Part shown: positions 26,601-39,800 of the stretch, piece by piece
How positions within the stretch are numbered: the stretch's first letter is position 1
How the letters are laid out: each line of letters starts with the position of its first letter
Assembly (NCBI GenBank): GCA_964016885.1
Contig: OZ024753.1
Span: 26,474,001 to 26,538,000 of the forward strand
DNA from: Eledone cirrhosa
Taxonomy: Eukaryota
Length of the DNA stretch: 64,000 bases
Direction: 5' to 3'
Notes under the pieces: model-generated
Seen by the model: the letters and a program-made list of their open reading frames with translations, nothing else
What the model was told of the DNA's origin: nothing
The model's database searches: none
Program-made: the position numbers and the translations under genes

Positions 26601-29600
26601 GGAGGGTGCCATTACCTATGTTGGAAGGGTGCCTTTACCTATGTTGGAAGGGTGCCGTTAGCTATGTTAGGAGGGTGCCGTTACCTATGTTAGGAGAATG
26701 CCATTACCTATGTTGGGAGGGGTCCGTTTCCTATGATGGGAGAGTGCCGTTACCGATGTTGGGAGGGTGCCGTTACCTATTTGAGAGAGTGCCATCACCT
26801 ATGTTAGGAGGGTGCCGTTACCTATGTTAAGAGGGTACCTTTAATTATGTTGGAAGGGTGGCGTTACCTATGTTAGGAGGGTGCCATTACCTATGTTGGA
26901 AGGGTGCCGTTACCTATGTTAGTAGGGTGCCGTTACCTATGTTTGGAGGGTGCCGTTATCAATGTTGGGAGAGTGCCATTACCCATGTTAGGAGGGTGCC
27001 GTTACCTATGTTGGGAGAGTGTTGGAAGGGTGCCGTTACGTATGTTAGGAGGGTGCCGTTACCTATGTTGGGAGGGTTTCGTTACCTATGTTGGCATAGT
27101 GCCATTACCTATGTTGGGAGGGTGCCGTTACCTATGTTAGGAGGGTGCCATTACCTATGTTGGAAGGGTGCCGTTACCTATGTTAGGAGAGTGCCGTTAC
27201 GTATGTTGGGAGGGTGCTGTTACCGTTGTGGGAAGAGTGCAAATACCTATGTTGGGAGGGTTCCGATACCTTTGTTGGAAGGGTGCCATTACCTATGTTA
27301 GGCGGGTGCCGTTACTTATCTTGGGAGGGTGCTGTTACCTATGTTAGGAGGATGCCATTACCTATTTTAGAAGTGTGCCGTTACCTATGTTAGGAGGCTG
27401 CTGCTATCTATGTTAGGAGAGTGCCGTTACCTATGTTGAGAGGGTGCCGTTACTTATGTTGGGAGAGTGCCGTTACCTATGTTGGGAGAGTGCCGTTACC
27501 TATGTTAGGAGGGTGCCGTTACCAATGTTAGGAGAGTGCCATTACCTATGTTGGGAGTGTGCCGTTACCTATGATGGGAGAGTGCCGTTACCGATGTTGG
27601 GGGGGTGCCGTTACCTATTTGGGAGAGTGCCATCACCTATGTTAGGAGGGTGCCGTTACCTATATTAGGAGGGTACCTTTAATCATGTTGGATGGGTGCC
27701 GTTACCTATGTTAGGAGGCTGCCGTTACCTATTTTGGGAGAGTGCCATTACCTATGTTAGGAGGGTGCCATTACCTATGTTGGAAGGGTGCCTTTACCTA
27801 TGTTGGAAGGGAGCCGTTAGCTATGTTATGGAGGGTGCCGTTACCTATGTTAGGAGAGTGCCATTACCTATGATGGGAGAGTGCCGTTACCGATGTTGGG
27901 AGGGTGCCGTTACCTATTTGGGAGAGTGCCATCACCTATGTTAGGAGGGTGCCATTACCTATGTTGGAAGGATGCCGTTACCTATGTTAGGAGAGTGCTG
28001 TTACCTATGTTGGGAGAGTGCCGTTACCTATGTTAGGAGGGTGCCGTTACCTATGTTGGGAGAGTGTTGGAAGCGTGCCGTTACCTATGTTGGGAGAGTG
28101 TTGGAAGGGTGGCGTTACCTATGTTAGGAGGGTGCCGTTACCTATGTTGGGAGCGTGCCATTACCTATGTTAGGAGGGTGCGTTACCTATGTTAGGAGGG
28201 TGCCTTTACCGATGTTGGAAGTGTGCCGTTACCTATGTTAGGAGGCTGCCGTTACCTATTTTGGGAGAGTGCCATTACCTATGTTAGGAGGGTGCCATTA
28301 CCTATGTTAGGAGGGTGCCATTACCTATGTTGGAAGGGTGCCATTACCTATGTTGGAAGGGTGCCGTTACCTATGTTAGGAGGGTGCCGTTACCTATGTT
28401 TGGAGGGTGCCGTTATCTATGTTGGGAGAGTGCCATTACCCATGTTAGGAGGGTGCCGTTACCTATGTTGGGACAGTGTTGGAAGGGTGCCGCTACGTAT
28501 GTTAGGAGGGTGCCGTTACCTATGTTGGGAGGGTGCCATTACCTATGTTTGAAGGGTGCCGTTACCTATGTTAGGAGAGTGCTGTTACGTATGTTGGGAG
28601 GGTGCTGTTACCTATGTTAGGAGGGTGCCATTACCTATGTTAGAAGTGTGCCGTTACCTATGTTAGGAGGGTGCTCTTATCTATGTTAGGAGAGTGCCGT
28701 TACCTATGTTGAGAGGGTGCCGTTACTTATGTTGGGAGAGTGCCGTTACCTATGTTGGGAGAGTGCCGTTACCTATGTTAGGAGGGTGCCGTTACCAATG
28801 TTAGGAGAGTGCCATTACCTATGTTGGGAGTGTGCCGTTACCTATGATGGGAGAGGGCCGTTACCGATGTTGGGAGGGTGCCGTTACCTATTTGGGAGAG
28901 TGTCATCACCTATGTTAGGAGGGTGCCGTTAGCTATATTAGGAGGGTACCTTTAATTATGCTGGATGGGTGCCGTTACCTATGTTGGAAGGGTGCCGTTA
29001 CCTATGTTGCAAGGGAACCGTTACCTATGTCTGGAGGGTGCTGTTACCTATGTTAGGAGAGTGCCGTTACCTAGTATGGGAGAGTGCCGTTACCTATGTT
29101 GCGAGGGAGCCGTTACCTATGTTGGCAGAGTGCCATCACCTATGTTAGGAGGGTGCCGTTACCTATGTTAGGAGGGTACCTTTCATTATGTTGGAAGGGT
29201 GCCGTTACCTATGTTAGGAGAGTGCCATCACCTACGTTAGAAGGGTGCCATTACCTATGTTGGAAGGGTGCCATTACATATGTTAGGAGGGTGCCATTAC
29301 CTATGTTAGGAGAGTGCCATAACATGTTAGGAGGGTGCCGTTACCTATGTTTGGAGGGTGTCGTTACCTAAGTTGGGAGAGTGCTGTTACCTATGATGGG
29401 AGAGTGCCGTTACTTATGTTGGAAGGGTGGCGTTTCCTATGTTGGAAGGATGCCGTTACCTATGTTGGGAGAGTGCCATTAACTATGTTGGGAGGTGGGT
29501 CGTTACCTATGTTAGGAGGGAGCCATTACCTATTTTGGAAGGGTGCCGTTACCTAAGTTGGGAGAGTGCCGTTACCTATGTTGGGAGGGTGCCGTTACCT

Positions 29601-32030
29601 ATGTTGGAAGGGTGGCGTTACCTATGTTGGGAGAGTGCGAGTACCTATGTTGGGAGGGTGCCGTTACCTATGGTGGAAGAGTGCCGTTACCTATGTTGGG
29701 AGGGCGCCGTTACCTATGTTGGGAGAGTGGCGTTACCTATGTTGGGAAGATGCCGTTACGTATGTTGGGAGAGTGCCATTACCTATGTTAGGAGGGTGCC
29801 ATTACCTATGTTGGAAGGGTGCCGTTACCTATGTTAGGAGGGTGCCGTTACCAATGTTAGGAGAGTACCGTTACCTATGTTGGGACGGTGCCGTTACCTA
29901 TGTAGGGAGAATGGCGTTACCTATGTTGGGAGGGTGCCATTACCTATGTTGGGAGAGTGCCATTACCTATGTAAGGAGGTTGTCGTTACCTATGTTGGGA
30001 GGGTGCCGTTATCTATATTAGGAGGGTACCGTTACCTATGTTAGGAGGGTGCCATTACCTATGTTGGAAGGGTGCCGTTACCTATGTTAGGAGGGTGCCT
30101 TTACCTATCTTAGGAGAGTGCCGTTACCTATGTTGGGAGGGTGCCGTTACCTATGTTGGGAGATTGCCGTTACGTATGTTGGGAGAGTGCCATTACCTAT
30201 GTTAAAAGGGTGCCATTACCTATGTTAGGAGGGTGCCGTTACCTATATTGGAAGGATCCCGTTACCTATGTTAGGAAGTTGCCGTAACTTATGTTAGGAG
30301 GGTGCCGTTATCTATGTTGGGAGGGTGCCGTTACCTATGTTAGGAGGGTGCCATTACCTATGTTGGAAGGGTGCCGTTACCTATGTTAGGAGCGTGCCGT
30401 TACCTATGTTAGAAGAGTGCCATTACCTATGTTAGGAGGATGCCATTACCTATGTTGGAAGGGTGACGTTACCTATGTTGGAACAGTGCATTTACCTATG
30501 TTGGAAGGGTGCAGTTACCTATGTTAGGAGAATGTCGTTCCGTATGTTGGGATAGTTCCGTTACCTATGTTGAGAGAGTGAACATTAACTGTTGGGAGGG
30601 TACCGTTACCTATGTTGTAAGGGTGCTATTACCTATGTTGGGAGGGTGCCGTGACATATGTTAGGATAGTGCCGTTACCTATGTTGGGAGGGTGGTGCTA
30701 CCTATGTTGGGAGAGTGCCGTTAACTATGTTAAGAGAGTGCCGTTACCTATGTTGGCAGGGTGCCGTTACTTATATTGGGAGAGTGCCATTACCTATGTT
30801 AGGAGGGTGCCATTACCTATGTTAGGAGAGTGCCAATACCTATGTTAGGAGGGTGGCATTACCTATGTCAGGAGTGTGCCATTACCTATGTTAGGAGGGT
30901 GTCGTTACCTATGTTGGGAGGGTGCTGTTACCGTTGTGGGAAGAGTGCAAATACCTATGTTGGGAGGGTTCCGATACCTTTGTTGGAAGGGTGCCGTTAC
31001 CTATGTTAGGAGGGTGCCGTTACTTATCTTGGGAGGGTGCCGTTACCTATGTTAGGAGGGTGCCATTACCTATGTTAGAAGTGTGCCGTTACCTATGTTA
31101 GGAGGGTGATGTTATCTATGTTAGGAGAGTGCCGTTACCGATGTTGGGAGGGTGCCGTTACCTATTTGGGAGAGTGTCATCACCTATGTTAGGAGAGTGC
31201 CGTTACCTATATTAGGAGGGTACCTTTAATTATGCTGGATGGGTGCCGTTACCTATGTTGGAAGGGTGCCGTTACCTATGTTGCAAGGGAACCGTTACCT
31301 ATGTTTGGAGGGTGCTGTTACCTATGTTAGGAGAGTGCCGTTACCTAGTATGGGAGAGTGCCGTTACATATGTTGCGAGGGAGCCGTTACCTATGTTGGC
31401 AGAGTGCCATCACCTATGTTAGGAGGGTGCCGTTACCTATGTTAGGAGAGTACCTTTCATTATGTTGGAAGGATGCCGTTACCTATGTTAGGAGAGTGCC
31501 ATTACCTACGTTAGAAGGGTGCCATTACCTATGTTTGGAGGGTGTCGTTACCTAAGTTGGGAGATTGCTGTTACCTATGATGGGAGAGTGCCGTTACTTA
31601 TGTTGGAAGGGTGGCGTTTCCTATGTTGGGAGAGTGCGAGTACCTATGTGTGGAGAGTGCCATTACCTATGTTAGGAGGGTGCCATTACCTATGTTAGGA
31701 GGGTACCATTACCTACGTTGGAAGGGTGCCGTTACCTATGTTGGGCGAGTGCCATTACTTATGTTGGGAGTTGGGTCGTTACCTATGTTAGGAGGGAGCC
31801 ATTACCTATTTGAAGGGTGCCGTTACCTAAGTTGGGAGAGTGCCGTTACCTATGTTGGGAGGGTGCCGTTACCTATGTTGGAAGGGTGGCGTTACCTATG
31901 TTGGGAGTGTGCGAGTACCTATGTTGGGAGGGTGCCGTTACCTATGGTGGAAGAGTGCCGTTACCTATGTTGGGAGGGCGCCGTTACCTATGTTGGGAAA
32001 GTGGCGTTACCTATGTTGGGAGGGTGCCGT
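20630..32030 (+). repeat. Large duplication: ~20630-25210 repeated at ~27200-32030 (offsets 6567, 6774, 6820, 6818)
   Basis: Identical or near-identical pseudo-ORF pairs: 20877/27444 and 21129/27696 (6567); 22191/28965, 22310/29084 and 23877/30651 (6774); 24419/31239 (6820); 24999/31817 (6818). The rare marker GAACATTAACTG is at 23806 and 30580. Confidence 0.92.
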
Positions 32031-35000
32031 TACGTATGTTGGGAGAGTGCCATTACCTATGTTAGGAGGGTGCCATTACCTATGTTGGAAGGATGCCGTT
32101 ACCTATGTTAGGAGGGTGCCGTTACCAATGTTAGGAGAGTACCGTTACCTATGTTGGGACGGTGCCGTTACCTATGTAGGGAAAATGGCGTTACCTATGT
32201 TGGGAGGGTGCCATTACCTATGTTGGGAGAGTGCCATTACCTATGTAAGGAGGTTGCCGTTACCTATGTTGGGAGGGTGCCATTATCTATATTAGGAGCG
32301 TACCGTTACCTATGTTAGGAGGGTGCCTTTACCTATCTTAGGAGAGTGCCGTTACCTATGTTGGGAGGGTGCCGTTACCTATGTTGGGAGATTGCCGTAA
32401 CGTATGTTGGTAGAGTGCCATTACCTATGTTAAAAGGGTGCCATTACCTATGTTAGGAGTGTGCCGTTACCTATGTTGGGAGGGTGCCATTACCTATGTT
32501 AGGAAGGTGCCATTACCTATGTTAGGAGGGTGCCATTACCTATGTTGGAAGGGTGCCATTACCTATGTTGGGAGGGTGCCGTTACCTATGTTGGAAGGGA
32601 GCCATTACCTGCGTTGGAAGGGTGCCGTTACCTATGTTAGGAGGGTGCCGTTACCTATGTTAGAAGAGTGCCGTTACCTATGTTGGGAGGGTGACGTTAC
32701 CTATGTTAGGAGAGTGCCGTTACCTATGTTGGGAGAGTGCCGTTACCTATGTTAGGAGTGTGCTGTTACCTATGTTAGGAGAGTGCCATTATCTTTGTTG
32801 AGAGGGTGCCGTCACCTATATTGGGAGAGTGCCGTTACCTATGTTGGGAGAGTGCCGTTACCTATGTTGGGAGGGTGCCGTTACCTATGTTGGAAGGGAG
32901 CCATTACCTGTGTTGGAAGGGTGCCATCACCTATGTTAGAAGGGTGCCGTTACCTATGTGGGGAGAGTGTTGGAAGGGTGGCGTTATCCATGTGAGGAGG
33001 GTGCCGTTACCTATGTTGGGAGGGTGCCTTTACCTATGTTAGGAGTGTGCTGTTACCTATGTTAGGAGAGTGCCATTATCTTTGTTGAGAGGGTGCCGTC
33101 ACCTATATTGGGAGAGTGCCGTTACCTATGTTGAGAGAGTGAACATTAACTGTTGGGAGGGTACCGTTACCTATGTTGTAAGGGTGCTATTACCTATGTT
33201 GGCAGGGTGCCGTGACATATGTTAGGATAGTGCCGTTACCTATGTTGGGAGGGTGGTGCTACCTATGTTGGGAGAGTGCCGTTACCTATGTTAAGAGAGT
33301 GCCGTTACCTATGTTGGCAGGGTGCCGTTACTTATATTGGGAGAGTGCCATTACCTATGTTAGGAGGGTGCCATTACCTATGTTAGGAGAGTGCCAATAC
33401 CTATGTTAGGAGGGTGGCATTACCTATGTCAGGAGTGTGCCATTACCTATGTTAGGAGGGTGTCGTTACCTATGTTGGGAGGGTGCTGTTACCGTTGTGG
33501 GAAGAGTGCAAATACCTATGTTGGGAGGGTTCCGATACCTTTGTTGGAAGGGTGCCGTTACCTATGTTAGGAGGGTGCCGTTACTTATCTTGGGAGGGTG
33601 CCGTTACCTATGTTAGGAGGGTGCCATTACCTATGTTAGAAGTGTGCCGTTACCTATGTTAGGAGGGTGATGTTATCTATGTTAGGAGAGTGCCGTTACC
33701 GATGTTGGGAGGGTGCCGTTACCTATTTGGGAGAGTGTCATCACCTATGTTAGGAGAGTGCCGTTACCTATATTAGGAGGGTACCTTTAATTATGCTGGA
33801 TGGGTGCCGTTACCTATGTTGGAAGGGTGCCGTTACCTATGTTGCAAGGGAACCGTTACCTATGTTTGGAGGGTGCTGTTACCTATGTTAGGAGAGTGCC
33901 GTTACCTAGTATGGGAGAGTGCCGTTACATATGTTGCGAGGGAGCCGTTACCTATGTTGGCAGAGTGCCATCACCTATGTTAGGAGGGTGCCGTTACCTA
34001 TGTTAGGAGGGTACCTTTCATTATGTTGGAAGGATGCCGTTACCTATGTTAGGAGAGTGCCATTACCTACGTTAGAAGGGTGCCATTACCTATGTTTGGA
34101 GGGTGTCGTTACCTAAGTTGGGAGATTGCTGTTACCTATGATGGGAGAGTGCCGTTACTTATGTTGGAAGGGTCGCGTTTCCTATGTTGGGAGAGTGCGA
34201 GTACCTATGTTAGGAGAGTGCCATTACCTATGTTAGGAGGGTGCCATTACCTATGTTAGGAGGGTACCATTACCTACGTTGGAAGGGTGCCGTTACCTAT
34301 GTTGGGCGAGTGCCATTACTTATGTTGGGAGTTGGGTCGTTACCTATGTTAGGAGGGAGCCATTACCTATTTTGGAAGGGTGCCGTTACCTAAGTTGGGA
34401 GAGTGCCGTTACCTATGTTGGGAGGGTGCCGTTACCTATGTTGGAAGGGTGGCGTTACCTATGTTGGGAGTGTGCGAGTACCTATGTTGGGAGGGTGCCG
34501 TTACCTATGGTGGAAGAGTGCCGTTACCTATGTTGGGAGGGCGCCGTTACCTATGTTGGGAAAGTGGCGTTACCTATGTTGGGAGGGTGCCGTTACGTAT
34601 GTTGGGAGAGTGCCATTACCTATGTTAGGAGGGTGCCATTACCTATGTTGGAAGGATGCCGTTACCTATGTTAGGAGGGTGCCGTTACCAATGTTAGTAG
34701 AGTACCGTTACCTATGTTGGGACGGTGCCGTTACCTATGTAGGGAAAATGGCGTTACCTATGTTGGGAGGGTGCCATTACCTATGTTGGGAGAGTGCCAT
34801 TACCTATGTAAGGAGGTTGCCGTTACCTATGTTGGGAGGGTGCCATTATCTATATTAGGAGGGTACCGTTACCTATGTTAGGAGGGTGCCTTTACCTATC
34901 TTAGGAGAGTGCCGTTACCTATGTTGGGAGGGTGCCGTAACGTATGTTGGTAGAGTGCCATTACCTATGTTAAAAGGGTGCCATTACCTATGTTAGGAGT

Positions 35001-35665
35001 GTGCCGTTACCTATGTTGGGAGGGTGCCATTACCTATGTTAGGAAGGTGCCATTACCTATGTTAGGAGGGTGCCATTACCTATGTTGGAAGGGTGCCATT
35101 ACCTATGTTGGGAGGGTGCCGTTACCTATGTTGGAAGGGAGCCATTACCTGCGTTGGAAGGGTGCCGTTACCTATGTTAGGAGGGTGCCGTTACCTATGT
35201 TAGAAGAGTGCCGTTACCTATGTTGGGAGGGTGACGTTACCTATGTTAGGAGAGTGCCGTTACCTATGTTGGGAGAGTGCCGTTGCCTATGTTAGGAGTG
35301 TGCTGTTACCTATGTTAGGAGAGTGCCATTATCTTTGTTGAGAGGGTGCCGTCACCTATATTGGGAGAGTGCCGTTACCTATGTTGGGAGAGTGCCGTTA
35401 CCTATGTTGGGAGGGTGCCGTTACCTATGTTGGAAGGGAGCCATTACCTGTGTTGGAAGGGTGCCATCACCTATGTTAGAAGGGTGCCGTTACCTATGTG
35501 GGGAGAGTGTTGGAAGGGTGGCGTTATCCATGTGAGGAGGGTGCCGTTACCTATGTTGGGAGGGTGCCTTTACCTATGTTAGGAGTGTGCTGTTACCTAT
35601 GTTAGGAGAGTGCCATTATCTTTGTTGAGAGGGTGCCGTCACCTATATTGGGAGAGTGCCGTTAC
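30565..35665 (+). repeat. Head-to-tail tandem duplication of a ~2.55-kb unit (~111 monomers)
   Basis: GAACATTAACTG at 30580 and 33141 (offset 2561). Pseudo-ORFs 31239/33800 (2561), 31840/34403 (2563), 32438/34978 and 32783/35323 (2540). Confidence 0.92.
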
Positions 35666-36890
35666 CTATGTTGGGAGAGTGCCGTTACCTATGTTAGGAG
35701 GGTGCCGTTACCTATGTTAGGAGGCTGCCGTTACCTATTTTGGGAGAGTGTCATTACCTATGTTAGGAGGGTGCCATTACCTATGTTAGGAGGGTGCCAT
35801 TACCTATGTTGGAAGGGTGCCGTTACCTATGTTAGGAGGGTGCCGTTACCTATGTTAGAAGAGTGCCGTTACCTATGTTGGGAGGGTGACATTACCTATG
35901 TTGGGAGAGTGCCGTTACTTATGTGGGAAGGGTGCCGATACCTATGTTGAGAGGGTGCCGTTACCTATTTTGGGAGAGTGCCATTACCTATGTTAGGAGG
36001 GTGCCATTACCTATATTAGGAGGGTGCCATTACCTATGTTGGAAGGGTGCCGTTACCTATGTTGGGAGGGTGCCGCTACCTATGTTGGAAGGGAGCCATT
36101 ACCTGTGTTGGAAGGGTGCCATCACCTATGTTAGCAGGGTGCCGTTACCTATGTTAGGAGGGGGCCGCTACCTATGTTGGGAGGGTGCCGTTACCTATGT
36201 TGCGAGAGTGCCATTACTTATGTTAGGAGGGTGCCGTTACCTATGTTGGGATAGTGTTGGAAGGGTGCCGTTACCTATGTGAGGAGGGTGCCGTTACCTG
36301 TGTTGGGAGGGTGTCGTTACCTATGTTGGGAGAGTGCCGTTACCTATGTTGGGAGGGTGCCGTTACCTATGTTGGAAGGCAGCCATTACCTGTGTTGGAA
36401 GGGTGCCATCACCTATGTTAGAAGGGTGCCGTTACCTATGTGGGGAGAGTGTTGGAAGGGTGGCGTTATCCATGTGAGGAGGGTGCCGTTACCTATGTTG
36501 GGAGGGTGCCTTTACCTATGTTAGGAGTGTGCTGTTACCTATGTTAGGAGAGTGCCATTATCTTTGTTGAGAGGGTGCCGTCACCTATATTGGGAGAGTG
36601 CCGTTACCTATGTTGGGAGAGTGCCGTTACCTATGTTAGGAGGGTGCCGTTACCTATGTTAGGAGGCTGCCGTTACCTATTTTGGGAGAGTGTCATTACC
36701 TATGTTAGGAGGGTGCCATTACCTATGTTAGGAGGGTGCCATTACCTATGTTGGAAGGGTGCCGTTACCTATGTTAGGAGGGTGCCGTTACCTATGTTAG
36801 AAGAGTGCCGTTACCTATGTTGGGAGGGTGACGTTACCTATGTTGGGAGAGTGCCGTTACTTATGTGGGAAGGGTGCCGTTACCTATGTT
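35370..36890 (+). repeat. ~0.55-kb block repeated at offset 942 (40 monomers + two 11-bp half-monomers)
   Basis: Pseudo-ORFs 35633/36575. Marker ATCTTTGTTGAGAGGGTGCCGTCACCTATATTGGG at 35618 and 36560. Confidence 0.8.
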
Positions 36891-39800
36891 GGGATAGTGT
36901 TGGAAGGGTGCCGTTACCTATGTGAGGAGGGTGCCGTTACCTGTGTTGGGAGGGTGTCGTTACCTATGTTGGGATAGTGCCATTACCTATGTTGGGAGGG
37001 TGCCGTTACGTATGTTGGGAGGGTGCAATTACCTATGTTAGGAGGGTGCCATTATCTATTTTGGGAGAGTGTCATTACCTATGTTAGGAGGGTGCCATTA
37101 CCTATGTTAGGAGGGTGCCGTTACCTATGTTAGGAGACTGCCGTTACCTATTTTGGGAGAGTGCCTATACCTATGTTAGGAGGGTGCCATTACCCATGTT
37201 AGGAGGGTGCCGTTACCTATGTTTGGAGGGTGCTGTTACCTATGTTGGGAGAGTGCCATTACCTATGTTGCGAGGGTGCCGTTACCTATGCTGGAAGGGA
37301 GCCACTACCTATGTTGGAATGGTGCCGTTACCTATGTTAGGAGGGTGCCGTTACCTATGTTAGGAGAGTGCCATTACCTATGTTGGGAGCGTGCCGTTAC
37401 CTATGCTGGGAGAGTGCCGTTACCGATTTTGGGAGGGTGCCGTTACCTATTTGGGAGAGTGCCATCACCTATGTTAGGAGGGTGCCGTTACCTATGTTAG
37501 GAGGGTGCCGTTACCTATGTTGGAACGGTGCCATTACCTATGTTGGGAGGGTGCGGTTACCTATGTTAGGAGGGTGCCATTACCTATGTTGGAAGGGTGC
37601 CGTTACCTATTTTAGGAGAGCGCCGTTACGTATGTTGGGAGGGTTCTGTTACCGTTGTGGAAGAGTGCAAATACCTATGTTGGGAGGGTGTCGTTACCTA
37701 TGTTAGGAGGGTGCAATTAACTATGTTGGGAGAATGCCGTTACCTATGTTGGGAGAGTGCCGTTACCTATGTTAGGAGGGTGCCTTTACCTATGTTGGAA
37801 GGGTGCCGTTACCTATGTTAGGAGGGTGCCATTACCTATGTTGGAATTGTGCCGTTACCTATGTTAGGAGGGTGCTGTTACCTATGTTAGTAGAGTGCCG
37901 TTACCTATGTTGAGAGGATGCCGTTACTTATGTTGGGAGAGTGATGTTACCTATGTTAGGCGGGTGGCATTACCTATGTTAGGAGGGTGCCAGTACGTAT
38001 GTTGGACGGCTGCCGTAACCTATGTTGGGAGGGTGCCGTTACCTATGTTGGAAGTGTGCCATTAACTATGTTAGGAGGATGCCATTACCTATGTTGGAAG
38101 GGTGCCGTTACCTATGTTGCAAGAGTGCCGTTACCTATGTTTGGAGGGTGCTGTTGCCTATGTTGGGAGAGTGCCATTACCTATGTTGGGAGGGTGCCGT
38201 TACCTATGTTGCAAGGGAACCATTACCTATGTTGGAAGGCTGCCGTTACCCATGTTAGCAGGGTGCCGTTAACTATGTTAGGAGAGTGCCTTCACCTATG
38301 TTGGGAGGGTGCCATTACCTATGCTGGGAGAGTGCCGTTACCTATGTTGCGAGGGTGCCGTTACCTATGTTGGCAGAGTGCCATCACCTATGTTGGGAGG
38401 GTGCCGTTACCTATGTTAGGAGGGTACCTTTAATTATGTTGGAAGTGTGCCGTTACCTATGTTAGGAGGGTGCCATTACCTATGTTGGAAGAGTGCCATT
38501 ACCTATGTTGGGAGGGTGCCATTACCTATGTTGAGAGAGTGCCGTTACCAATGTTAGGAGGGTGTCATTACCTATGTTGGGAGGGTGCCATTACCTATGT
38601 TAGGAGAGGACCGTTACCTATGTTGGGAGAGTGTTGGAAGCGTGCCGTTACCTATGTTGGGATGGTGTCGTTACCTATGTTGGGACATTACCATTACATA
38701 TGTTGGAAGGGTGATGTTACCTATGTTAGGAGGATGTCGTTACGTATGTTGGGAGGGTCCGTTACCTATGTTGGGAGGGTGACATTACCTATGTTGGAAG
38801 GGTGCCGTTACCTATGTTAGTAGAGTGCCGTTACCTATGTTGGGAGTGTGCCGTTACCTATCTTAGGAGGGTGCCATTACCTATGTTGAGAGGGTGCCGT
38901 TACCTATGTTGGGAGAGTGCCGTTACCTATATTGGGAGAGTGCCATTACCTATGTTAGGAAGGTGCTTTTACCTATGTAAGGAGGGTGCAATTACCTATA
39001 TTAGGAGGCTGCCGATACCTATTTTGGGAGAGTGCCGTTACCTATCTTAGGAGGGTGCCATTTCCTATGTTGGAAGGGTGCCGTTATTATGTTGGGAGCG
39101 TGCCGTTACCTATCTTGGGAGAGTGCCATTACCTATGTTAGGAGGGTGCCATTACCTATGTTGGAAGGGTGTAGTTACCTATGTTTCAAGGGTGCCGTTA
39201 CCTATGTTGGGAGGGGGCCGTTACCTATGCTGTGAGGGAGCCGTTACCTATGCTGGGAGAGTGCCGTTACCCATGTTGGGAGGGTGCCGTCACCTATGTT
39301 AGGAGGGTGCCGTTACCTATGTTAGGAGAGTGCCGTTACCTATGTTGCGAGGGTGCCGTTACCTATGCTGGGAGAGTGCCGTTACCTATGTTGAGGGTGC
39401 CGTTACCTATGTTGGGAGAGTGCCGTTACCTATGTTGGGATTGTGCAGTTACCTATGTTAGGAGGGTACATTTAATTATGTTGGAAGGGTGCCGTTACCT
39501 ATGTTAGGAGGGTGCCGTTACCTATGTTGGAAGGGTGCCGTTACATATGTTAGGAGGGTGCCATTACCTATGTTGGAAGGGTGCCGTTACCTATGTTGGG
39601 AGAGTGCCATTACCTATGTTAGGAGGGTGCCGTTACCTACGTTGGGAGAGTGTTGGATGAGTGCCGTTACCTATGTTGGGAGAGTGTTGGAAGGGTGCCG
39701 TTGCCTATGTTAGGAGGGTGCCGTTACCTATGTTGGGAGGGTGTCGTTACCTATGATAGGAGTGTGCTGTTACCTATGTTAGGAGAGTGCCGTTAGCTAT

